Origin: a virus | Taxonomy: Duplodnaviria; Caudoviricetes | IMG/VR virus record: IMGVR_UViG_3300034272_000911 | Coordinates: 1-59,628 of that record | Length of the DNA stretch: 59,628 nucleotides | Strand: one strand, 5' to 3' | Part shown: piece after piece, positions 8,576 through 18,320 of the stretch | Position numbering within the stretch: position 1 is the stretch's first letter | Layout of the letters: the number at the start of each line of letters is the position of its first letter | Made by a program: the position numbers and the translations under genes | Notes under the pieces: model-generated | The model's input: the letters and a program-made list of their open reading frames with translations, nothing else | What the model was told of the DNA's origin: nothing | Databases searched by the model: none

Positions 8576-11161
8576 GTGACCGCACTCGCGATCAGGAGCT
8601 TCGCCGGGATGCGCCCGGTGATCGACCCGCGGCTCATCAACGACTCGGAAGCGCAGCTCGCTCTCAACGCTCGCCTGCAGTCCGGCGCGCTCGTCCCGTA
8701 CGACACCAACGCCAGCACGGGCGTGAGCGTCGGGCAGGCTGTCGCTTCCGCGGTCAAGAAGATCTACCCCGTCCTCAACAACGCGAAGTGGATGTCGTGG
8801 ACGACCGAGGTCGACGTCTTCGAGTCGCCGATCATCGACGACCAGTACGATCGCATCTACTGGTCGGGTGACGGGTTCCCGAAGTACGGGCCGAAGACCT
8901 TCGTGACCGCGGGCAACGCCCCGTACCCGTCGCAGTTCTACCGCCTCGGCGTGCCGAAGCCGCTGACCAAGCCGGTCGCCGCCGGTGCGACGCTGTCCGA
9001 CGCCGAGACCCAGACCCGCGAGTACGCCATCACGTTCCTGAACGCCGACCTCACCAAGGAGTCGGCGATCGACATCACCGCCAAGACCACCGTTCTTGAG
9101 AGCCACTACGACTTCGGCGCCTACCCGGCGACGGCGGCGGTCTCCGGCAACACGGTGACGCTCGTCTTCGAGAACAGCCACGCCTTCGACAAGGACGACT
9201 ACCTGCTGCTCTCCGGCGTGACCCCGGCGTTCAAGGTCGTCTCCGTCATCGACGGCAAGACCCTGACCTTCGACAAGGGCGCGGCGACGGTCGCCGCCGG
9301 TGCGAAGACGGTCAGCAAGCGAGTCCTCGCCCGGGTCAAGCTCACCGGGCTCCCGGTCGACGACAACGGGCAGTCCGCTGTCACCCAGAAGCGGATATAC
9401 CGAAAGGTAAACGACACCTACCGTCTGCTCGCGACCATCCCGATCGCGCAGGAGAAGTACGACGACGACGCGCTCGACGCGGAGGTCACGGGCGCCACGC
9501 TCAGTGCCGCAGCCCTGAACACCCCGCCCAAGCCCGTATTCGCGCCCACGGCGGCGCTGGAGATCGACGACGAGTCGACCACAGGGGTCAGCGACGCGAG
9601 CCTCCAGAGGCGCGTATACGCCGTCAGCTGGGTCGACGAGACGGGCTACGAGAGCCCCCTGTCTGCGACCAGCGGTTTCATCTCGGTGGTCGACGGCACC
9701 TCGAAGGTCAAGGTCGTCCACGGCGGCGCCATCCCCGAGGGGGTCGAGAAGAAGCGCCTGTACCGCCAGACGGTCACCACCCAGACCAACGGCACCTTCA
9801 CGGTGAACGAGGCGGACTTCAAGCTGGTCATCGAGGTGCCTGCCAGCCAGTCCGCCTACACGGACTCGCTCTCCGCCGCCAATCTCGCCTCCAGAGCGGC
9901 TCCCACGAACCCTGACGCCCTGTCCCCACCTGAGCAGCCCTTCGCCGCCTCGGGCGCCCTGCAGCCCGTCAGGAGCGCGGAGACGCGGGTCTACGTCTAC
10001 ACCTACGTCTCGGAGTACGGCGAAGAGGGGCCACCCAGCGAGCCGTCCGAGTCGGTCGACATCGACCCCGAGTCGCCCGTCACCGTCTCCAGCATCTCGG
10101 GCGCGCCGACCGGGAACTACAACATCGCGAAGGTATTCCTCTACAGGACTGCCACCGGCAGCGCCGCGACCGGGTTCCAGTTCGTGAAGGAGATCCTCGT
10201 CGGCGTGGCTTCGACCTCGGACAACGTCCCGCAGTCGATGCTCGGCGAGCTGATCCCGTCCGTGGACTGGCTCCCGCCGCCCTCGGACATGCAGGGCGCC
10301 CGGCTGATGGCGAACGGCATCGTGATCGGCTGGTCGCAGGAGAAGACCATCTGCTTCTCCGAGCCGTACCTGCCCCACGCCTACCCGGCGGCGGCGCGGC
10401 TCTCGGTCGAGTTCCCGGTGGTCGGCATCGCCGTCTTCGGGCAGTCGGCGGCGATCCTGACCAAGGCTCACCCGTACATCGTGACCGGCGTCGACCCGCA
10501 GTCGATGACGATGGCGAAGCTCCCGCTGGAGCAGGCGTGCGTCTCGAAGCGCTCGATCGTCGAGACCGGCGACGGGGTGATCTACGCCTCGCCGGACGGG
10601 CTGGTGATGATCGGCCCGGGCGGTGCACGCCTGATGACCGCGAGCATCCTAAGCCAGAAGCAGTGGCAGGCGTACAACCCGTCGAGCATCCACGGCTACT
10701 GGCATGAGAACCGGTACCACGGCGTCTACACGGTCGGCAACGCGACCAAGATGTTCATCTTTGACCCGACCGGGCAGACCGCCAGCTGGTGCGAAGCCGA
10801 GGTCGCCGCGTTCGCCGGGCATCGCGTGGTGCAGGACGACGCCCTCTACATGCTGTTGAACAGCGGCGTCGAGGCGCTGTTCGGCGGTAGCACGCCGCGC
10901 ACGTACCGGTGGATCTCGAAGCTCGCGTCCATGCCGTCGCCGACCAACTTCAGCTTCGGGCAGGTCGTCGCCAAGTCGTACCCGGTGACCCTCAAGGTCA
11001 CGGCTGACGGGTTCGAGCGCACCTACACCGCGACCAGCTCAGACCCCTTCCGCCTGCACTCGGGCTTCCTCGCTCGCGACTGGCAGGTCGAGGTCACTGG
11101 CGCCGTCGAGGTCACCGCGGTCGCGCTCGCGCAGTCTGGGTGGGAACTGAAGAACACATGA
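8576..11161 (+). CDS. Tail tubular/nozzle (stabilization) protein
   Basis: 861 aa; YVYTYVSEYGEEGPPS, FSEPYLPHAYP and ACVSKRSIV..GVIYASPDGLV motifs of podovirus nozzle-like proteins. Confidence 0.7.
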   Translation: MTALAIRSFAGMRPVIDPRLINDSEAQLALNARLQSGALVPYDTNASTGVSVGQAVASAVKKIYPVLNNAKWMSWTTEVDVFESPIIDDQYDRIYWSGDGFPKYGPKTFVTAGNAPYPSQFYRLGVPKPLTKPVAAGATLSDAETQTREYAITFLNADLTKESAIDITAKTTVLESHYDFGAYPATAAVSGNTVTLVFENSHAFDKDDYLLLSGVTPAFKVVSVIDGKTLTFDKGAATVAAGAKTVSKRVLARVKLTGLPVDDNGQSAVTQKRIYRKVNDTYRLLATIPIAQEKYDDDALDAEVTGATLSAAALNTPPKPVFAPTAALEIDDESTTGVSDASLQRRVYAVSWVDETGYESPLSATSGFISVVDGTSKVKVVHGGAIPEGVEKKRLYRQTVTTQTNGTFTVNEADFKLVIEVPASQSAYTDSLSAANLASRAAPTNPDALSPPEQPFAASGALQPVRSAETRVYVYTYVSEYGEEGPPSEPSESVDIDPESPVTVSSISGAPTGNYNIAKVFLYRTATGSAATGFQFVKEILVGVASTSDNVPQSMLGELIPSVDWLPPPSDMQGARLMANGIVIGWSQEKTICFSEPYLPHAYPAAARLSVEFPVVGIAVFGQSAAILTKAHPYIVTGVDPQSMTMAKLPLEQACVSKRSIVETGDGVIYASPDGLVMIGPGGARLMTASILSQKQWQAYNPSSIHGYWHENRYHGVYTVGNATKMFIFDPTGQTASWCEAEVAAFAGHRVVQDDALYMLLNSGVEALFGGSTPRTYRWISKLASMPSPTNFSFGQVVAKSYPVTLKVTADGFERTYTATSSDPFRLHSGFLARDWQVEVTGAVEVTAVALAQSGWELKNT

Positions 11162-14100
11162 GCGCGACGAAGCTGCCGCAGATCCCGTCGTTCGACGGCA
11201 CGAACACCGCAGAGGTCGTCAGCGCCATCAAGGAGACCCTTGAAGTGCGCGTCGGTGCTCGCGGCAACGCGCTCGACGCTGCCGTGACGTTCCGCGACAT
11301 GACCTCGCTCGGCGTGCTGCGCGAGACCGAAATCGGCGTCGCGCCTGACCGCGCCTTGAGCGCGAGGGTCGGCGTCGAGTTCCCGTTCGGCGACCTGCCG
11401 GAGCTCTACAACCCGGCGACCGACCTGACCACGCCGCCACCTCCGACCGACCTCAAGGCGACCGCCGTATTCGACACGGTCTACCTGTCGTGGAGCCAGT
11501 CGGTGTTCCTGAACCAGTCGTACTGGGAGGTCTGGAAGTCGTTCTCGAACGACCTGTCGAGCGCGGCTCTTGCCGGAACCTCGACCAGCCAGTTCTTCGT
11601 GGACATCGCCGGGGAAGACCGCACGGTCTTCTACTGGGTCAGGACGGTCTCGGCGGCAGGCATCAAGTCGGCATGGAACAGTTCCTTCGGCACCGAGGTC
11701 AAGACCGGCATCGACCCTGCGAAGCTCGTCAAGGCAATCGAAGGGCAGATCCTCGAAAGCAGCCTGTCGGTCGAGCTTGCTGCGCGCATCGAAGCGTCCT
11801 TTGATCAAGCAAGGGCGAGCGTAAAGCGCATCACTCTGGAGTCTCAGAATCGCATCGCAGCTGTTCAGGCGGAAGCTGACGCTCGCGCAGCAGCTATTCT
11901 CGCTGAAGCGACCGCTCGCGGAGCAGCCATCACCGCAGAAGCGACGACCCGGCAGAACGCAGACAACTCGCTCGCAAGTTCGATAACCACCCTCACCGCG
12001 TCTGTGAACAGCAACGCGGCGGCGATCCAGAACGAGGCGACCGCTCGCGTGAGCGGGGATGCCGCGGAAGCGTCCGAGCGAAACACGCTTGCCACGCAAA
12101 TGCGCGGCGACTACACCGGCTCAGACCTGTCAGCCCTGACCTCTGGGTTGATCTACCAAGAGAGCATCGCCCGCTCCGCGCAAGATTCCTCGCTTGCTCA
12201 GCAGATTACGCTCCTCTCGGCGGGGTCTGGCGATCAGTTCGACTGGAAAGCAATCTGGTACTTCGACACCGGAGTCGATGGGTGGACGGGGAACGGCACG
12301 CCGACTGCCAGCGAGGGGCATCTTCGCGCCGCGAATCAGGCGAGCGACGCGCACGTTATTTCGCCCACGGGCATCAACGCGGTCGGCGCGAATTATTCTC
12401 AGGTGAGGCTTCGCGTCCGCAAGGTAGGAACCCCGACATTCGCTGGCTTTTTGTGGTGGCGAGCGGTCTCTGACAGCACTTGGGATACCGCCCGAAGAGT
12501 CGCTATTACGGCGCCTACATTCGACATCAACGGCATCGCTTTGATCTCGATCATCCCGAACTGGACGGTTACCATTGATCGCATCCGAATTGACCTGTCG
12601 AGCGCGCAGACCGCGGCTAACTACTTCGAGATCGATTGGGTTTCCATCGGAAGACCCGCTCCGGGAGCTTCTTCCGCTCAGCTGCTAGAAGAGCAGTCCG
12701 CTCGCGCTGCCGCAGACTCCGCAGAAGTCACCGCCAGAGAGACGCTTGCGACCTCGCTCATCGGGCAAGTAAATCCGTCCGGGCTCACGCTCGCAACCCT
12801 GACCTCTGGGCTTGTGCATAGCGAGCGCGTTGCACGCAGCAGCGCAGACTCCGCTCTGTCATCTGACATATCGCTCTTGAGCGCGACGGTCACTGGCAAT
12901 TTCAACACGCTGAACTCGGCTATCACCTCGGAAGCGACCGCACGCGCCAACGGCGACAGCGCGGAGGCTTCGGCGAGGAACACGCTCTCAGCACAGCTGC
13001 GCGGCTCGTACACGGGGACTGACGTCAACGCCCTGTCGGCGGGGCTGATCTACGAGGAGCGGGTCGCACGCGCCAACGCGGACTCGTCCCTGTCGTCCAG
13101 CATCACGACGCTGACATCGACGGTCAACGGGAACACGACGTCGATCCAGACCCAGCAGTCGACCATCAACGGCATCCAAGCCAAGTACACGGTCAAGATC
13201 GACAACAACGGACACGTGTCCGGCTTCGGTCTGACCTCGGAGCCGAACAACGGGACTCCGACCTCGGCGTTCATCGTCCGGGCAGACAAGTTCGCCATCG
13301 TCGACCCCGCTTCGACCGCGAACAACCTGACGAACAACCCGTCCGCGGATGTCGTCCCGTTCGCCGTCGTCGGTAGCGCGGTCTACATCAAGTCCGCTTT
13401 CATCCAAGACGCGAGCATCAGCAGCGCGAAGATCGGTTCGCTCGCAGCCAACAAGATCACCGCCGGGAACATCAACGCCGCCATCGGCATCAACGGCGGC
13501 TCCGTGTACGGCGCGTCGCTGTTCGCTGGCGGCACGGTCACGGTCAACGGCGACGGCAGCTTTACCGCCAACAACCCGACCTTCGCGGTGCTGGGCGGCA
13601 ACGTGGACATCGTCGCACCGAACTTCCGCGTCAAGTCGCTGGCTGCTGGCGGCACCCTGTTCACCCCGTTCGAGGTGGTGGGCGGCGTGGTGTACATGAA
13701 CACCGCGTTCATCCGCAACGGTACGATCACGACCGCCCAGATCGAGAACGCGCTGATCAGCAACGCCCAGATCACCAGCCTGAACGCTGACAAGATCTCC
13801 GGCGGAACCATCAACGCCAACCTGCTCCTCGTCGACAACGTCACGCTCGACACCTACTACGACGGCAGCATCGGCAAGAACAGGCTCCGCATCCCCGACC
13901 TTGCGGTCACGACCGCGAAGATCGGCGACCTGTCTGTCACTTCGGGCAAGATCGCCAACCTCGCCGTCGACGCACTCAAGATCGCAGGGAACGCCATCAC
14001 GCTGCCGCTGACTTACACCGCTGGGGACGTGTATGTTTCTACAGCAATCCTCAAAACAGGCGGCGGGTACTCCTGCGGCTTCACCTTTGTCGAATACGGT

Positions 14101-14595
14101 AATGGAGACTACGAGTACATAATCACTGACTATGACTACGGGATTGGCGACTACTACTACGTTGGCCCCGGTCTTGGCTCCTACACATACGGATGCGCGA
14201 ACTACCCGCCTACATTCACAGGCGCAATCACCGTCATAGAGACTCCGTGGATCAATGTCGGAGACGCGACTGACGGCGGCGCAGTGATCGTGTTCTACGC
14301 GACGCTGTACGCAAACATAGCCGCCGACGCCGGTCAGCACATTTACATGATGATCGATAAAGGAGACGGCAACGGCTACCTGATCTCCTCGGAGACCCTC
14401 GCCGGAACACGTACATCTGGCGGAAACACCACAAGCGCAATTCCGATTGCGATGACCTACACGGCAAACAACGTGCAAAACATTCGCATCAAGGTCGTCA
14501 CCGGAACACGAAGAGTAGACCTTTCTCCCGGAGTTGGAAGCAACCCTTCTTATCTAAGGAACATCACCATGTCAGTCATGGGAGCGAAGCGTTGA
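11158..14595 (+). CDS. Tail fibre / tip protein (FN3, coiled-coil repeats, DUF1983-like domain)
   Basis: ATGA overlap; YWVRTVSAAG (FN3), EATAR repeats, AKYTVKIDNNGHVSGFGL..FIVRADKFAI, ITSAKI-type repeats. Confidence 0.8.
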   Translation: MSATKLPQIPSFDGTNTAEVVSAIKETLEVRVGARGNALDAAVTFRDMTSLGVLRETEIGVAPDRALSARVGVEFPFGDLPELYNPATDLTTPPPPTDLKATAVFDTVYLSWSQSVFLNQSYWEVWKSFSNDLSSAALAGTSTSQFFVDIAGEDRTVFYWVRTVSAAGIKSAWNSSFGTEVKTGIDPAKLVKAIEGQILESSLSVELAARIEASFDQARASVKRITLESQNRIAAVQAEADARAAAILAEATARGAAITAEATTRQNADNSLASSITTLTASVNSNAAAIQNEATARVSGDAAEASERNTLATQMRGDYTGSDLSALTSGLIYQESIARSAQDSSLAQQITLLSAGSGDQFDWKAIWYFDTGVDGWTGNGTPTASEGHLRAANQASDAHVISPTGINAVGANYSQVRLRVRKVGTPTFAGFLWWRAVSDSTWDTARRVAITAPTFDINGIALISIIPNWTVTIDRIRIDLSSAQTAANYFEIDWVSIGRPAPGASSAQLLEEQSARAAADSAEVTARETLATSLIGQVNPSGLTLATLTSGLVHSERVARSSADSALSSDISLLSATVTGNFNTLNSAITSEATARANGDSAEASARNTLSAQLRGSYTGTDVNALSAGLIYEERVARANADSSLSSSITTLTSTVNGNTTSIQTQQSTINGIQAKYTVKIDNNGHVSGFGLTSEPNNGTPTSAFIVRADKFAIVDPASTANNLTNNPSADVVPFAVVGSAVYIKSAFIQDASISSAKIGSLAANKITAGNINAAIGINGGSVYGASLFAGGTVTVNGDGSFTANNPTFAVLGGNVDIVAPNFRVKSLAAGGTLFTPFEVVGGVVYMNTAFIRNGTITTAQIENALISNAQITSLNADKISGGTINANLLLVDNVTLDTYYDGSIGKNRLRIPDLAVTTAKIGDLSVTSGKIANLAVDALKIAGNAITLPLTYTAGDVYVSTAILKTGGGYSCGFTFVEYGNGDYEYIITDYDYGIGDYYYVGPGLGSYTYGCANYPPTFTGAITVIETPWINVGDATDGGAVIVFYATLYANIAADAGQHIYMMIDKGDGNGYLISSETLAGTRTSGGNTTSAIPIAMTYTANNVQNIRIKVVTGTRRVDLSPGVGSNPSYLRNITMSVMGAKR

Positions 14596-14960
14596 ACACA
14601 TACGCATTCGACGAGCGCGGCTATTGCATCGGCGCGATCAATGATCACGTCGAGCTGGCGGACTTTCCGAGCGCGCAGTACATCAAGCACGCTGCGCCGC
14701 TTTTTCAGGCTGATACGTTGTGGCTGGATGTCGAGCGGAACCAGCTCATGTTCAGGGCGCCACTTCCCGCCAAGGTGTCCGCAAACAAGATCAGCAGCTT
14801 GCCGCCCGGCACAGTAGCGATTGTCAGTGGCGTGAGTGTCGAGGTAGACGACGGCACTCTGGAGCTCGAAGTCGAGTACCCAGCTTCGGTGATGGTGATC
14901 CTTACCCATCTCAAGTATCTCGAAAAGATCGTGGAGGTTCCCTGTGAAGTTTCGGGTTAA
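14592..14960 (+). CDS. Tail-associated protein
   Basis: Coupled downstream of the fibre gene. Confidence 0.55.
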   Translation: MNTYAFDERGYCIGAINDHVELADFPSAQYIKHAAPLFQADTLWLDVERNQLMFRAPLPAKVSANKISSLPPGTVAIVSGVSVEVDDGTLELEVEYPASVMVILTHLKYLEKIVEVPCEVSG

Positions 14961-15117
14961 GCAGGACTATCGCGAACTACGCTCGATCACCTACCCCGAT
15001 GTTCGCGAACAGCTCGACGCGATCTGGAAGGGCGGATCAGAGATGGAAAAGATGCGTCGTCAAGTTGTCGGCGTGAAAGAGCTGTACCCAAAGCCAAAGA
15101 ACGGAGGTGTCAAGTGA
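14944..15117 (+). CDS. 57-aa tail-fibre chaperone-like protein (absent from ORF track)
   Basis: GTG start after GGAGG; MKFRVKQDYRELRSITYPDVREQLDAIWKGG...VKELYPKP matches the YP-x3-QLD-x2-W...VK-x2-YPK pattern. Confidence 0.7.
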   Translation: MKFRVKQDYRELRSITYPDVREQLDAIWKGGSEMEKMRRQVVGVKELYPKPKNGGVK

Positions 15118-15722
15118 ACAATCTGCTGGAAGCTTTGCAGCGCAACCTCGGCAACGTCTTGACGCCAGAGCTCGTCGCCGGGCTGCTGATGGCGTCCGAA
15201 GAAGTGAAGACACCGATCGACGTCGAGTCGATCCCGAAGACCAAGCACTGGGGCTACGCGCTCGCCGTGGAACGCCTTGAGGATGTGGTCTCCGAGATAC
15301 ACCCGATACACGTCGCGCATTGGGAAGAGACCGAGGTGCACCGCCACGGCGTCCCGCTCAATATCGACTACGAGTACATGATCAACGCCGAGCGGGCTGG
15401 GCGGTTCATGCTTTTCACCGTTCGCTCGCCGGATGGGGAGCTCGTCGGGAACTGCATGATGTACCTGACGCGCTCGACGCACACAAAGAAGCTCGTCGCC
15501 GAGGAAGACACGATCTTCATCCGCAAGGATCACCGCAAAGGGCGGCTCGGCATCAAGCTCATCCGGTACGTCGAGGACGTTCTCCGCGCCTTCGGCGTGA
15601 CCGAGATCCGCGTGACCGTGAAGACCGTCAACAGGGTCGGTGACCTGCTGCAGGGTCTCGGATACAGACACACCGCCAATCAACTCGTTAAGGTTCTGGG
15701 AGACAGCAACGATGTGCAGTGA
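15114..15722 (+). CDS. GNAT-family acetyltransferase-like protein
   Basis: EDTIFIRKDHRKGRLGIKLIRYVEDVLRAFGV...LQGLGY (acetyl-CoA motif A); sits before the ejection genes. Confidence 0.75.
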   Translation: MNNLLEALQRNLGNVLTPELVAGLLMASEEVKTPIDVESIPKTKHWGYALAVERLEDVVSEIHPIHVAHWEETEVHRHGVPLNIDYEYMINAERAGRFMLFTVRSPDGELVGNCMMYLTRSTHTKKLVAEEDTIFIRKDHRKGRLGIKLIRYVEDVLRAFGVTEIRVTVKTVNRVGDLLQGLGYRHTANQLVKVLGDSNDVQ

Positions 15723-17013
15723 CGCTCCGAAGCCGCCTGACATGACCCCGATCGCCAACGCGATGCGGGACATCGGCTCGCGCATGGAAGCATTGGGTCG
15801 AGACCAGCTGAGGTTCGGGCAGCGCCGTTACGACGAGACGCTCCCGCTGTACCAGCAGATGGTGCAGGCGAACCTCGAAGGGCAGCGCATGTCGATGCAG
15901 CTCGCCCGGGACTCGAACGCCGACCGCCAGAAGTTCCGCGCTCTCGAAGACCAGATGGTCTCGGAAGCCGCCTCGCAGGATCGGGGCGCGCTGCGCGCCG
16001 AGTACGCTGGTCGCGCCGCCTCGGATGCCGAGCAGGCGTCTGCCGCCACCCGGGCGATCGCCGTCCGCAACCTCTCGCGCATGGGCATCAACCCCAACGC
16101 CGCCCGGTTCGCCGACCTGAACAACCAGCTCGCGATGTCCGGCGCCGCCACGCGCACGGGGGCGATGAACAACGCCCGTATGGCAGCGGACGCCACGGTC
16201 GACGCCCGGCGCATGAACGCCATCAGCCTCGGTCGGAATCTCCCGGCGACCCAGCTGAGCGCGATCGGCACGGCGTCGGGCGTGGGCAACAGCAACGCGG
16301 GGCTGTTCAACAGCCAGAACGCGCCGGTGTTCCAAGGCTACGGCGGGGCGATGGCTGGCTTGCAGGGCAACCTCGGCGCCCAGAGCGGCATGGCTAACGT
16401 GATGAACATGGGCTACCAGAACGCCCTCGCCGCGGATCAGGCGAGCAACGCTGGCTTCAGCGCCCTCGGCTCGCTGGCTGGCGCGGGGCTGTCGTTCTTC
16501 TCCTCGCGGGACATGAAGGAGGGCAAGTCCCCCGTGAAGTCCGGCGAGGGTCTCGAAGCCGTGCGCGCCTTGCCGGTCGACCGCTGGAACTACAAGGGCG
16601 ACGGCAGGGAGCACGTCGGCACGTACGCCGAGGACTTCCGCCGCGAGACCGGCGTGGGCGACGGCAAGACCATCTCGGTGCAGGACGCGATCGGGGTCAC
16701 GATGGCTGCGATCAAAGACCTCGACCAAAAGGTAGAACTGCTTGCGGGTAAGCCTCGCAAGATGGCAAACGGCGGGAGCGTCGAGGGCGGCAAGAACCGT
16801 GACGGCAGCGGCGGCAAGATCCGCGGCGCTGGCACCGGCACTTCGGACAGCGTGAAAGCGTTGAACCGCGACACTGGAGAACCGATTATGCTCTCCAACG
16901 GCGAGTACATTCTTCCCGCTGACACCGTCAGGCGCGTGGGCAAACAGGCTCTCGACACTCTTGTCGAGCGCACTCACAAGCCTGTCCGCAGCTCGGCGAT
17001 TCGGAGGTCGTGA
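15712..17013 (+). CDS. Internal virion / DNA ejection protein with peptidase S74 (intramolecular chaperone) domain
   Basis: MCSDAPKPPD start; A/G/Q-rich; SSRDMKE..LPVDRWNYK..HVGTYAEDF; C-terminal GAGTGTSDSV..LSNGEYILPAD. Confidence 0.75.
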   Translation: MCSDAPKPPDMTPIANAMRDIGSRMEALGRDQLRFGQRRYDETLPLYQQMVQANLEGQRMSMQLARDSNADRQKFRALEDQMVSEAASQDRGALRAEYAGRAASDAEQASAATRAIAVRNLSRMGINPNAARFADLNNQLAMSGAATRTGAMNNARMAADATVDARRMNAISLGRNLPATQLSAIGTASGVGNSNAGLFNSQNAPVFQGYGGAMAGLQGNLGAQSGMANVMNMGYQNALAADQASNAGFSALGSLAGAGLSFFSSRDMKEGKSPVKSGEGLEAVRALPVDRWNYKGDGREHVGTYAEDFRRETGVGDGKTISVQDAIGVTMAAIKDLDQKVELLAGKPRKMANGGSVEGGKNRDGSGGKIRGAGTGTSDSVKALNRDTGEPIMLSNGEYILPADTVRRVGKQALDTLVERTHKPVRSSAIRRS

Positions 17014-18320
17014 TGGCACAGAGAACGATCGGGGCGATCCTCAACGAGGCGTCTGACAGCGCATCCCGTGACGCTGAGACCAGCCGTCGCGCAGCGATCA
17101 CCAATGTCTCGCTGAAGGGCGAGCTCTCGAATCAGCGCTATCGCGAAGCCGATTTTGCTGACAAAGAAGCGGAGCGCGCTCGGGCGAACGAGTACCGCGA
17201 CGAGCTCAGGAAGGTCTACGACAAGCACCTGTTCTTCGACGAGGTCGTTCCTTCGCAGCAGACCGGCGCCATCCCTGATGCGAGCGGAAACTTCCCTTCG
17301 CAGCAGACGATCAGGAAGTCGTACGAGCCGGGCAGCAGGGAGTGGATGAAGGGGCTCAGCTCCGCGATGGCGGAGAAGAGCTCGCTCGACCTGCGGTACG
17401 GGCTCGCGAAGCCCGAGGACATGAACCAGATGCTGGAGTTCCGCAAGAAGCTCGAAGCGACTGGCGCGAGCGAGGACTTCCTCGCTGCCATGCGCGGCGA
17501 CAAGGGCGCTGCCGCTCGCATCTCTGAGAAGTTCGGCATCTCTGGTCTCCAGTCCATCGAGACCGGGTACGACGACAACGGTCTGCTCAACTTCTTCGCG
17601 ATGACGCAGGGCGCTGGCCCGGGCGGTGCGATGGAGTCGAAGCGCGTCCCCATCGGTCACTTGATGGCTGCGTTCTCGCCCGAGATCGATTCGATGCTCA
17701 AGGCGAACCGCGAGCAGGTGAACGCCACCGACACGCTGGCGACCAGCGCGACCAGTCGTCGCAACCAGACCACGCAGGCGAATGCGAGCGCAACCTCCGC
17801 TGCTGCATCGATGCGAGACGCGATAACCAGAGAGCGCACCTACACCGCTCGCGCAGAGGCTCAGGGCGCACACAACACGCTTTCCGAGAGCGTGAGGGAG
17901 AACGCTGCGTCGTTCAGGCTCCCGCAGTTCACGACCAAGGATGCCACCACCGGCAAGGCTCAGGCTGTGCCGGACGACGAAGCGGCTGGAATCATCAGGG
18001 AGATCGGCGGCGTTCTCATCGGCTTGGATGGGAAAGACGGTGGCATCGCTTTCAACGAAGCTGCTAACGCGCTCACCGCCATCAACACCAAGACTCGCAA
18101 GGATTACGACGCGGAGCTTGCAGCTGCCCGCGCTGCCGACAGCGCCGCGAGACAGAGCGGCGACTCGAAGGTGCGCCGGGAGGCGAGCAACAGGCTGTAC
18201 GAGCTTGAGAGGAACGGCCCGCAGTGGTTCCAGAACCGGCGGCAGGTGTACCTCGAAAAGTGGCGAGCTACCGTCGCAGCCGATAGCGAGCCCTCCAAGT
18301 CAGCTCCCGTGGTGAAGTGA
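17010..18320 (+). CDS. Probable internal virion / ejection protein
   Basis: 436 aa, helical, lies between the S74 protein and the giant protein. Confidence 0.6.
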   Translation: MMAQRTIGAILNEASDSASRDAETSRRAAITNVSLKGELSNQRYREADFADKEAERARANEYRDELRKVYDKHLFFDEVVPSQQTGAIPDASGNFPSQQTIRKSYEPGSREWMKGLSSAMAEKSSLDLRYGLAKPEDMNQMLEFRKKLEATGASEDFLAAMRGDKGAAARISEKFGISGLQSIETGYDDNGLLNFFAMTQGAGPGGAMESKRVPIGHLMAAFSPEIDSMLKANREQVNATDTLATSATSRRNQTTQANASATSAAASMRDAITRERTYTARAEAQGAHNTLSESVRENAASFRLPQFTTKDATTGKAQAVPDDEAAGIIREIGGVLIGLDGKDGGIAFNEAANALTAINTKTRKDYDAELAAARAADSAARQSGDSKVRREASNRLYELERNGPQWFQNRRQVYLEKWRATVAADSEPSKSAPVVK

